Assembly (NCBI GenBank): GCA_902580275.1
Contig: CACHJZ010000005.1
Location: 36,065 to 100,064 of the forward strand
Length of the DNA: 64,000 nucleotides
Direction of reading: 5' to 3'
Source of the DNA: an uncultured Pelagibacteraceae bacterium
Lineage (GTDB): Bacteria > Pseudomonadota > Alphaproteobacteria > Pelagibacterales > Pelagibacteraceae
The translations under genes were made by a program, and so were the position numbers. The notes beneath the pieces were generated by a model that worked only from the letters and a program-made list of their open reading frames with translations, ran no database searches and was not told the origin of the DNA. This document shows positions 38,229-46,108 of this stretch, one piece after another. The stretch's first letter is position 1, and every line of letters begins with the position of its first letter.

Positions 38229-39386
38229 TTAATTTTCCTTTTTTTTTCTTACCCTTGCAATTAATTGTGTTAAAGAATCAACCATTTGATCTGAGGCTTT
38301 AAAAATTTCCGTGGTTTTGTAATCATAAGATAAATTTTTTTCTGGATTGGTTTTATCTTCTATTATTATTCCTTCATCAGGAGAATTATTTTTAATGTAA
38401 ATTAATATTAGCCAATTATCATCTTCATTTTCATCCCATTTAATGAAAATTTCTCCAGTTTCAAATCTTCGATCTATACATCTTAAAATAGACATCTGTC
38501 TTGTAATATGTCTTTTATTTAATTGGAAAACTAAACTGCTTGCGCTTCTATAAAAACTCTCTAGAGCAAATTCAATTTTTTGTCTTGCTAATGTATAATC
38601 TTTTTCTTTTTGAAGTAGCGTTTCCCTATCTTCGTCACCTTGAATTTTTACTCCAAGAGCCTCTACTCTCTCTCGAATTTTTTGATCTCTTATAATTCTA
38701 TATTTCTCTCTTAATTTATCTATTCTCTCCTGTAGACCAGCATAATCCTCTCTTTTTTCTTTGAGTGAGATTTTTTCTAATTGTTCTAGTTCTTTAATTT
38801 CTCTTATTCTAAATTTTTCAATTTGTTTTTCTAATTTTAGTTGTTCAAGGAATTTTCTCTGCTTTTCGGCTTGTTCTTGTCTTATTATCGCCTGTTCTTT
38901 TCTTAAAAATGATTTGATGTCTTTGACTCTTTCTTTCTCTAATTTTATCTCATCTTTTAATAGTTGTTCTTTGAGTTTTAAATTAGCTTTCTTTTCTTCC
39001 TCTAGACGTAATTTTTTATCGATTTTCTCTTTCTCAATTCTTTCCATCTCCTCAATTTTTTTTCTTCTCGTTTCATCTTTTTGTAATACCTTGTACTCAT
39101 TGATTGTATCTGAGATTTTTGTAAAGAATTTTTGAAGGAAGGTATCGATAGCTACAAAAGGATTAAAGCTTATTTTTATGTCAGGCTTCAAAGAACTTTG
39201 AAATCTTATTAATCTTAAAAGGACTTGATTTTTTTTATTTTTATTATCAACTTTAAATTTTTTTTTTGTATTTTTCTTTCTCTTTTTTGTTTTTTTTTGT
39301 TTTTTTGACTTTATTGAGAATTTTTTAATCTTTTTGATTTTAGGAATTCTTTTAGCTTTTTTATTTTTTTTTTTCTTTTTTTTCAT
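38229..39386 (-). CDS. Lysine-rich / coiled-coil protein of unknown function
   Basis: 385 aa. It has a roughly 55-aa polybasic N-terminus (MKKKKKKNKKAKRIPKIKKIKK...), a roughly 170-aa E/K/R-rich heptad-like middle, and a roughly 110-aa non-repetitive C-terminal domain. No TM helix and no motif I recognise. Confidence 0.55.
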   Translation of the reverse strand: MKKKKKKNKKAKRIPKIKKIKKFSIKSKKQKKTKKRKKNTKKKFKVDNKNKKNQVLLRLIRFQSSLKPDIKISFNPFVAIDTFLQKFFTKISDTINEYKVLQKDETRRKKIEEMERIEKEKIDKKLRLEEEKKANLKLKEQLLKDEIKLEKERVKDIKSFLRKEQAIIRQEQAEKQRKFLEQLKLEKQIEKFRIREIKELEQLEKISLKEKREDYAGLQERIDKLREKYRIIRDQKIRERVEALGVKIQGDEDRETLLQKEKDYTLARQKIEFALESFYRSASSLVFQLNKRHITRQMSILRCIDRRFETGEIFIKWDENEDDNWLILIYIKNNSPDEGIIIEDKTNPEKNLSYDYKTTEIFKASDQMVDSLTQLIARVRKKKEN

Positions 39387-39412
39387 TTAGAGGGTTTTAG
39401 AAATTTATCAAT

Positions 39413-40606
39413 TTATTTTTGATAAATATAGTCTCTTGTGTTCGGTACAGAATCTAATTTTTTAGACAATTGGAATTGAAATACAACCTGGTCTCCCCAT
39501 TTAAAAGCCATTTCACAACTTGCAAGATAAAATTCCCACATTCTAAAAAATTTTTCATCAAACATTTCTAAAACCTGACTTTTTTTACTGAGAAATCGTT
39601 CTTTCCAGTGTCTTAAGGTGTGAGCGTAATGCTTTCTTAAAACCTCAATATCAGAAAGTATTAATCCAGATTTTTCAATTGGTAGAGCTACTTCACTTAA
39701 ACTTGGTGTATATCCTCCAGGAAAAATATATTTATTTATCCATGGCTGTGGATCACGTGGTGGATTTATTGATCCGATCGTATGTATCAATGCAATACCA
39801 TCTTGGGAAAGTAGTTTTGAGACTGTATTAAAGTATGTTTTATAAAACTTTTTACCTACATGTTCAAACATTCCAACACTCACTATCCTGTCAAAATTTT
39901 CATTTAAATTTCTGTAATCTTCAAGTCTGAAATCAACTTGATTTTCTAAGTTCATCTCTTTTGCTTTTTGTTTGCTATATTGCAACTGGTTTTCTGAAAG
40001 AGTAATGCCAAGTACTGAACATTTGGTTTTTTTTGCAATTTCCAGGGCTAATGTCCCCCATCCACTTCCAATGTCTAAAACTCTTTGATCATTTTCTAAT
40101 TTAAGTTTTTTAATTATATGGTCGATCTTATTATTTTGAGCTTCTTCTAAAGTATTTTTTTCATCTTTAAAATACGCGCAAGAATATTGTCTTTTCTCGT
40201 CCAAAAATAAATCATATAGTTTTTCAGATATATCATAATGATGTGCAACATTTCTTTTCGATTTTTTTATAAAGTTGAAACTTGTTAGAGTTTTATAGAA
40301 TCCTCTGAGTTTATTAATTATCATTCCATAATTATTTATCTCACCTCTTCCGATATTTTCAAATGCAATTTCTAAAAAGTCTGTTAATGATCCATTTTCA
40401 ATAACAACTGATCCATTTGAGTAAGCTTCTCCAAAATAAAGATCTGGGTGAAAAAGTAATTTTGAATGTAAGCTTCTATCCAAAAGTCTAAGAGTAATTG
40501 GTTTTTCTTTTTTAGGATTTCCAATCTTATACTTGTTGCTATCAGCATCGATTAAAATAAATCCACTTTTAATAAATAAGCTATTTAAGAACTTTGCTAG
40601 TTTCAT
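39413..40606 (-). CDS. Cyclopropane-fatty-acyl-phospholipid synthase family SAM-dependent methyltransferase
   Basis: 397 aa with SAM motif VLDIGSGWGTLALEIA, plus VSVGMFEHVG and the C-terminal FRMWEFYLASCEMAF typical of Cfa/mycolic-acid methyltransferase relatives. Confidence 0.8.
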   Translation of the reverse strand: MKLAKFLNSLFIKSGFILIDADSNKYKIGNPKKEKPITLRLLDRSLHSKLLFHPDLYFGEAYSNGSVVIENGSLTDFLEIAFENIGRGEINNYGMIINKLRGFYKTLTSFNFIKKSKRNVAHHYDISEKLYDLFLDEKRQYSCAYFKDEKNTLEEAQNNKIDHIIKKLKLENDQRVLDIGSGWGTLALEIAKKTKCSVLGITLSENQLQYSKQKAKEMNLENQVDFRLEDYRNLNENFDRIVSVGMFEHVGKKFYKTYFNTVSKLLSQDGIALIHTIGSINPPRDPQPWINKYIFPGGYTPSLSEVALPIEKSGLILSDIEVLRKHYAHTLRHWKERFLSKKSQVLEMFDEKFFRMWEFYLASCEMAFKWGDQVVFQFQLSKKLDSVPNTRDYIYQK

Positions 40607-40607
40607 T

Positions 40608-41492
40608 TTAAGCTACCTTTAAAAAATTATAATTAAAATCTAATTTGGCTAATTCATCAAGTAATTTTTTTTTACTATCTTGATTTAATAACGAAAGTGG
40701 CGGCAATAAATTGGTATAAGAATTATCTGAAATTGATAAAATTGTGTGGATACCAGATATTAAATTATATTTATCAAATTCCTCTCGTACATTACATAAT
40801 TTTTGGTTGTTAGTTTGATCTATTTTATTAATAAAGTTATCATAAACATTTCTTGATAATTCTGCCGTTACATTGCAGGTTGCAGTAATTATTCCTGAAC
40901 ATCCCAATTCTAAACCACTTAATAATTTTGATTCTGAGCCAGGTAAGATAGAAAAATTTTTCAATTTTAAAACTTTGTACAAATTATATGTGCTGTCTTT
41001 AACTCCTATGATTTGATCTGGATAAATTTTTACAAGCTCCTCAACACATTCTACTGAAAATTTATATCCACATAATTTTTCAAAATTATATAAAACGATT
41101 TTACACCATGGGTGAATTTTGATTATCTCAGAGTAAAATTTAATTGCATCATTATCTGCATAAACGTAATACGCTGGTGGCATTATAAGAAAATTCTCAA
41201 AATTAAAATTTTTACATACATTAAGAAATGAAATAGTTTCTTTAAGTGAATTAAAACCAGTGCCAATTATAAAATTATTTTTAAATTTATTTTTTGAAAG
41301 TTTCTCAATTAATTTAATTTTTTCTGAAACGGAAATTAATTGAGCTTGTCCCGTACTACCAAAAATCACAACTCCATGACAGCCTTGTAATATTAAATTT
41401 TCTGCATGTTTAATTGTTTTATCTACATCTAGATTCAATTCTTTATCTAACACAGATACCGAAGCCGCATAAATGCCATTAATTTTACTCAT
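40608..41492 (-). CDS. DHDPS/N-acetylneuraminate-lyase family class I aldolase
   Basis: 294 aa with FGSTGQAQLIS (GxTGE-like), LYNFEK (the YNxP-position Tyr) and the Schiff-base Lys context IIGVKDST. Confidence 0.7.
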   Translation of the reverse strand: MSKINGIYAASVSVLDKELNLDVDKTIKHAENLILQGCHGVVIFGSTGQAQLISVSEKIKLIEKLSKNKFKNNFIIGTGFNSLKETISFLNVCKNFNFENFLIMPPAYYVYADNDAIKFYSEIIKIHPWCKIVLYNFEKLCGYKFSVECVEELVKIYPDQIIGVKDSTYNLYKVLKLKNFSILPGSESKLLSGLELGCSGIITATCNVTAELSRNVYDNFINKIDQTNNQKLCNVREEFDKYNLISGIHTILSISDNSYTNLLPPLSLLNQDSKKKLLDELAKLDFNYNFLKVA

Positions 41493-41539
41493 AATAAAAA
41501 CTTATATAAAAATAAAATTTTAGTAAAGTTGATAAAAAA

Positions 41540-42505
41540 ATGAAAATTCTAGCTATTCAAAACAGAATGGGTATTGGTGATATGATTATATATTTACCTT
41601 TTATAGAGGCGATATCAAAAAAATATAATACAAAAGTTGACATTCTAGTTAAAGAAAACTCGAAAGCTTCAGAAATTTTGAGGGATAACAAATATATTGG
41701 AGAAATTATAAATTTAGACAGAAATAATAAAAATAAAAAAGGAACACATGATGGTATTTTTGGCTCAATCAGTTTAGCAAATCAATTAAAAAAATATAAT
41801 TTTGAAAAAGTATTTATTTTTAATTCGTCTTTAAGATACAAGTTAATATGTAAATTGGCATCTATCAAAGAGATACATCAATATCCGTTGTTTAAAAAAA
41901 AAAACCAGCATATTATTTTAGCAGCACAAAATTTTCTAAAAAATTCTATTGGTGAAACTGTAAAAAGTGAACCCATAATCAGCGTAGATAAAAAAAGTAT
42001 TTCTGAAACAGGAATCAAATTAAAAATAACAAAGAGTGAAAAAAATATAATATTGGGTATAGGGGGGTCTGGAAATACTAAAAGAATACCATCAAAAATA
42101 TTTTTGAGATTTATGGAAATGTGTGAAAACAAACATAATTGTAGATTTTTTTTAGCCACAGGAACTAATGACGAAGAGCAAATTATTCTGAAGGATATAT
42201 TGAATTCAAAATATAATACTAAATGCTTAACTTTAGATAAAATGAGTTTGTTTGAAATCTTGCCTATAATTGCTAATTGCGATGTAGCAGTTTGTAATGA
42301 CTCTAGCTTTAGTCACTTATCCGCTGCAATTGGTATACCAACTATAGTTTTGATGGCAGATACACCTTTGCTATATGGGAGTTATAGTTCAAAAATGTTT
42401 CCAATAATTCCTGACGGGGAGGTTACAGTCAAACATGATACTTTAGGTAAAGAGAAAATTGATCCACAAAAGATATTTTATAAATTTAACGAATTAATTA
42501 ACTAA
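41540..42505 (+). CDS. Glycosyltransferase family 9 (heptosyltransferase-like)
   Basis: 321 aa with MKILAIQNRMGIGDMIIYLPFIEAI, GIGGSGNTKRIP and VCNDSSFSHLSAAIGIPT. Confidence 0.75.
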   Translation: MKILAIQNRMGIGDMIIYLPFIEAISKKYNTKVDILVKENSKASEILRDNKYIGEIINLDRNNKNKKGTHDGIFGSISLANQLKKYNFEKVFIFNSSLRYKLICKLASIKEIHQYPLFKKKNQHIILAAQNFLKNSIGETVKSEPIISVDKKSISETGIKLKITKSEKNIILGIGGSGNTKRIPSKIFLRFMEMCENKHNCRFFLATGTNDEEQIILKDILNSKYNTKCLTLDKMSLFEILPIIANCDVAVCNDSSFSHLSAAIGIPTIVLMADTPLLYGSYSSKMFPIIPDGEVTVKHDTLGKEKIDPQKIFYKFNELIN

Positions 42506-43007
42506 CATCTTTCAAAACTATTTCCTTAGCCTCATTTACTATTGCTGCCAATCTAGATAAATCGGGACTTACATCTGGGTGAATTTTTTTCATAATATTT
42601 TTATAAGATTTCATAACTTCTTCTTTAGAGTACTTTTTTTTTGGATTTAAATTTAGTATTTTGTAAGCCTCATCTAATGATATAGATTGGGTATTAGCTG
42701 CTGATCCCATATTATTAAAATTAAACCTTCCTGAATTTTTTAAGAATCTTAGTAGGCCCCAAATTCTTACTAGTTGAAGTAAGGTCAAACCAGCTTTGGT
42801 CTTTATTAATGGCAAAATCATAAGTAAAAAAGGTAAAGAAAATATGTACCTTCCAGCAAAGGCCATTATCACAGCTAGAACTATAGATAAAATAATAGTA
42901 AAAGTTCTAATTCCTTTAGAAATTTTAGCACTTGATGTCTTTACAAACCAATTAAGCAATAAATAGACTAGGACAAAAATAATTAGTGTTAAGAAAAAAA
43001 TATTCAT
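42498..43007 (-). CDS. Membrane-anchored J-domain protein (Tim14/Pam18-like, TimB-type)
   Basis: 169 aa with two to three N-terminal TM helices and a C-terminal J domain carrying HPD (EAYKILNLNP...IMKKIHPDVSPD). Confidence 0.7.
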   Translation of the reverse strand: MNIFFLTLIIFVLVYLLLNWFVKTSSAKISKGIRTFTIILSIVLAVIMAFAGRYIFSLPFLLMILPLIKTKAGLTLLQLVRIWGLLRFLKNSGRFNFNNMGSAANTQSISLDEAYKILNLNPKKKYSKEEVMKSYKNIMKKIHPDVSPDLSRLAAIVNEAKEIVLKDVS

Positions 43008-43014
43008 GTAATAG

Positions 43015-45099
43015 ATGTTAAAAATGAAAATACCACAACTTGAGAAAAAACCAGAACTAAAATCTTGTCACAATGTGACATGGGAAGATAATTATAGCTG
43101 GATTCATCAAAATAATATTTTAGAGGTTTTAAAAGACAGCTCTAAACTCTTACCAGAGGTAAGAAAATATCTAGAAGATGAAAATAATTATACAGAGGAG
43201 AATTTAAAGGATACGAAAGAATATCAAAAAAAACTTTTTGATGAAATCAAGGGAAGAATTAAATTAGATGATGAGTCTTTGCCATTCAAAGATAAAAATT
43301 ATGAATATTGGACTAAAACAACAACAAAAGGAAATTATTCAATTAAATTAAGAAAAAAAATTGGTTCTAATAATGTTGAGGAAATTTGGAATGGAGATAA
43401 AGAAAAAGAAAAACTTAAAACTGAGTATTTTGGGGTTGGTGATTTAGAAGTAAGCTACAACGATAAATATTTAGCGTATTCATTAGATTTAAAAGGTTCT
43501 GAGTATTTCACTATTCATGTAAGAGATATTAAGACAAATGAGATTATTACAGATAAAATTGAAAACACTTCAGGTTCTATCTTGTTTAGTTTGGATGACA
43601 GATTTATTTTCTATTCTAAGCTTGATGAAAATCACAGACCTAAAAAAATTTTTAGGCATGAAATTGGTAAATCAATCAAAGAAGATCTATTGATCTTTGA
43701 GGAAAGAACCCCAGCATTTACTGTAAGCATTGGTATTAGTGCAGATGAAAAATACTACTTTATTAATTCTTCTGATCATAACACCTCTGAGAAATACTAT
43801 TTTAAAAGTAATGAGAGTTTACCTAAACCAAAAATAGTAAGAAAAAGAGAAAAAGGAATTATATATAGCGTAAGTTCCTGGGGTGGTTATTTTTATATTC
43901 ACACCAACAAAGGTGCGGAAGATTTCAAAATAGAAAGATCGACAGATATCGAGGCATCTAAATGGGAAGTATTTATACCAGCTAAAAATGAAACAATGAT
44001 TGGTGGACTAACATTTTTAAAAAATTGGATTATTAGATCTGAACTTAATAACGCTTTAGATAAAATCTTTGTAAGAGACATCAATTCAAATAAGGAGGAA
44101 GAGCTTATTTTTACTGATGAAGAAGTTTATGATGGTAGTATTTCACATACACAAAAAGATAGAAATACTGATCTAATTTATATTTCATATTCTACTCCAA
44201 AAACCCAAGCGAGGACCTATTTATATAATTTAAAGACTAAAGAAAAAAAATTAGTAAAGGAACAAGTTATTCCAACAGGACATGATCCAAAAAACTATAT
44301 AGTGCAAAGGATTGAATGTAATTCTGATGATGGAAGAAAAGTACCTTTAACGATAACTAGACACAAAGATACTCCTTTGGATGGATCTGCAAATCTTCTT
44401 TTATATGGATACGGTTCTTATGGAGCTTCAATGTCTCCATCATTTTCTTCTACAAGATTAAGTCTAATTAATAGAAATATAATATGGGTGACCGCTCATA
44501 TACGAGGAGGAATGGAGAGAGGAATGAAGTGGTGGAAAGAGGGAAAACTTCTGAATAAGAAAAATACCTTTAATGATTATATTGCTGCTGCAAAATTTTT
44601 GATAGAAAAAAAATATACTTCAAATGGTAAGATTATAGGAATGGGTGGTTCAGCTGGAGGATTACTGATGGGTGCAGTTGTTAACAAGGCCCCAGATTTA
44701 TTTTTAGGGATGATTATGGCTGTTCCATTTGTTGACAGTCTAACAACCAACCTAGACCATTCTTTACCGTTAACAATTGGAGAATTTGACGAATTTGGAA
44801 ACGCAAAAGATAATAAAGATCACTTTGATTATATTTATTCTTATGCGCCATATAACAATATAAAAAAAATGGATTACCCAAATATTTTAATTACAACAAG
44901 TTTAAGCGATAATAGAGTTTTATTTGATGAACCAGCAAAGTTTACAGCTAAACTTAGAGATTATAAAACTGATAACAATCTTTTATTACTTAAGACTGAA
45001 ATGAATGCAGGTCACGGTGGTAAATCAGGCAGAGATGGTGCTATTGAAGAAATAGCGTTCGACTATGCATTTATTTTAAAAATAGCAGAAAAGATTTAG
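43015..45099 (+). CDS. ptrB: Prolyl oligopeptidase family S9A serine peptidase (oligopeptidase B-like)
   Basis: 694 aa with a beta-propeller N-terminal region, the catalytic Ser in GMGGSAGGLLMG, a downstream Asp (SLSDNRV) and His (NAGHGG). Confidence 0.85.
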   Translation: MLKMKIPQLEKKPELKSCHNVTWEDNYSWIHQNNILEVLKDSSKLLPEVRKYLEDENNYTEENLKDTKEYQKKLFDEIKGRIKLDDESLPFKDKNYEYWTKTTTKGNYSIKLRKKIGSNNVEEIWNGDKEKEKLKTEYFGVGDLEVSYNDKYLAYSLDLKGSEYFTIHVRDIKTNEIITDKIENTSGSILFSLDDRFIFYSKLDENHRPKKIFRHEIGKSIKEDLLIFEERTPAFTVSIGISADEKYYFINSSDHNTSEKYYFKSNESLPKPKIVRKREKGIIYSVSSWGGYFYIHTNKGAEDFKIERSTDIEASKWEVFIPAKNETMIGGLTFLKNWIIRSELNNALDKIFVRDINSNKEEELIFTDEEVYDGSISHTQKDRNTDLIYISYSTPKTQARTYLYNLKTKEKKLVKEQVIPTGHDPKNYIVQRIECNSDDGRKVPLTITRHKDTPLDGSANLLLYGYGSYGASMSPSFSSTRLSLINRNIIWVTAHIRGGMERGMKWWKEGKLLNKKNTFNDYIAAAKFLIEKKYTSNGKIIGMGGSAGGLLMGAVVNKAPDLFLGMIMAVPFVDSLTTNLDHSLPLTIGEFDEFGNAKDNKDHFDYIYSYAPYNNIKKMDYPNILITTSLSDNRVLFDEPAKFTAKLRDYKTDNNLLLLKTEMNAGHGGKSGRDGAIEEIAFDYAFILKIAEKI

Positions 45100-45105
45100 T
45101 CCATA

Positions 45106-45133
45106 CTTGAAAGATTTTAATTAATACCTACAT
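45106..45133 (+). promoter_or_regulatory. Candidate RpoH (sigma32)-type promoter of the small heat-shock gene
   Basis: CTTGAA (45106-45111), a 15-nt spacer, then CCTACAT (45127-45133). This is CTTG-N17-CCTACAT, a 6/7 match to CTTG-N17-18-CYTATNT, with the same architecture as the groES upstream region. Confidence 0.4.
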
Positions 45134-45141
45134 AAAGTTTA

Positions 45142-45192
45142 CAAGTTGCCTTATTGGGGCTTGTAATAAACCTTGCTAACAAAGGAGGAAAA
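45142..45192 (+). promoter_or_regulatory. Possible ROSE-like RNA-thermometer leader
   Basis: Hairpin CAAGUUGCC/GGGGCUUG with a bulged G (45142-45163). A UUGCU pentamer (45173-45177) follows, whose CCUU context can pair with the AAGG of the AAGGAGG Shine-Dalgarno sequence (45182-45188). Confidence 0.25.
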
Positions 45193-45639
45193 ATGACAAG
45201 TAAGGATCTATCTATATTTAACTCACTAAGACCATTCTCAATTGGTTTTGACGATATGTTTGACCAATTTGAGAACATGTTAGGAAATGGTAGTTTGACA
45301 ATGCAATCTAATTACCCGCCCTACAACATTAGAAAAACAGGAAAGGATAAATACTCAATTGAAGTAGCCTTAGCAGGTTTTTCGAAAAAAGATGTCGAAG
45401 TGGAGTTTGAAGATAATTTATTAACTGTGAGAACGAAACAAGTTAATAAATCGGATAATCAAAATGAAAATGGTGAAATTATTCATAAAGGAATTTCACA
45501 AAGACAATTTGCTAGATCATTTACAATTGCTGATGATGTAAAGGTAAATGGTGCTGAGCTAAAAGATGGTCTTTTGACAATTGCTTGTGAAAGAATTGTG
45601 CCAGATTACAAAAAGAAAAAACTTATTGAAATTAAATAA
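45193..45639 (+). CDS. Small heat-shock protein (Hsp20/alpha-crystallin family)
   Basis: The track ORF starts at TTG 45154; I prefer the ATG at 45193, seven nt after AAGGAGG. It has the alpha-crystallin domain PPYNIRKTGKDKYSIEVALAGFSKKDVEVEFEDNLLTV...GLLTI. Confidence 0.9.
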   Translation: MTSKDLSIFNSLRPFSIGFDDMFDQFENMLGNGSLTMQSNYPPYNIRKTGKDKYSIEVALAGFSKKDVEVEFEDNLLTVRTKQVNKSDNQNENGEIIHKGISQRQFARSFTIADDVKVNGAELKDGLLTIACERIVPDYKKKKLIEIK

Positions 45640-45651
45640 GTATTAACCTTG

Positions 45652-45674
45652 CTTGTGGGGATTATCCCCACAAG
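45652..45674. terminator. Bidirectional hairpin terminator between convergent genes
   Basis: Perfect 9-bp stem CTTGTGGGG (45652-45660) / CCCCACAAG (45666-45674) with loop ATTAT. It starts 13 nt after the sHSP stop and abuts the stop codon of the minus-strand lipoprotein gene. Confidence 0.65.
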
Positions 45675-45980
45675 TTAAAAACACCCTTTAGATACAAATC
45701 CAATCACCATATCCTCACTGCTGATTTCAAATTTTCTCTCGCATGGAATTCCATATTTTTTTGTTTTATAAACAAGAATCTTAGAAGCTGTATTAGACTT
45801 TTCTTCGTTATCAGGCATACCCATAACTATTTTTAACTCTGAAACAGGTTGCCCAATAAATTGACTTAATTTCTCGTTTTCTTTTTTTACTATTTCATTG
45901 GTTTTGTCCTTAACTGTCTGACAACTGGACAATTTTGTTAAAACTAATAGAAAAATCAAAATATGTGATATTAATCGCAC
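45675..45980 (-). CDS. Small lipoprotein, unknown function
   Basis: 101 aa, GTG start, signal peptide with lipobox LSSC (MRLISHILIFLLVLTKLSSCQ). The mature part contains IGQPVSELKIVMGMP, reminiscent of BamE/SmpA-like folds; that similarity is weak. Confidence 0.45.
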   Translation of the reverse strand: MRLISHILIFLLVLTKLSSCQTVKDKTNEIVKKENEKLSQFIGQPVSELKIVMGMPDNEEKSNTASKILVYKTKKYGIPCERKFEISSEDMVIGFVSKGCF

Positions 45981-46108
45981 TATCTCACTTTATCACATCT
46001 GTTTTAATAAAAAATTAAATTCTAAGTTGAAAATTGTGAATAAAGCTTTCAATTGAAAAGATTTGTTTTGAAGAATAGTTTATTATTCTAATTATTTGGA
46101 GGAACTCA

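Noticed and set aside
45981-46108. The 128-nt leader of the purine permease as a possible purine or other riboswitch. It also contains three TTGAAAA/TTGAAGA direct repeats (46027, 46053, 46068) and an AGAATA...TATTCT inverted repeat.
   Set aside because: I could not find the conserved purine-riboswitch core or any G/C-supported three-way junction. The repeats are short, AT-only and compatible with chance or ordinary -35-like hexamers.
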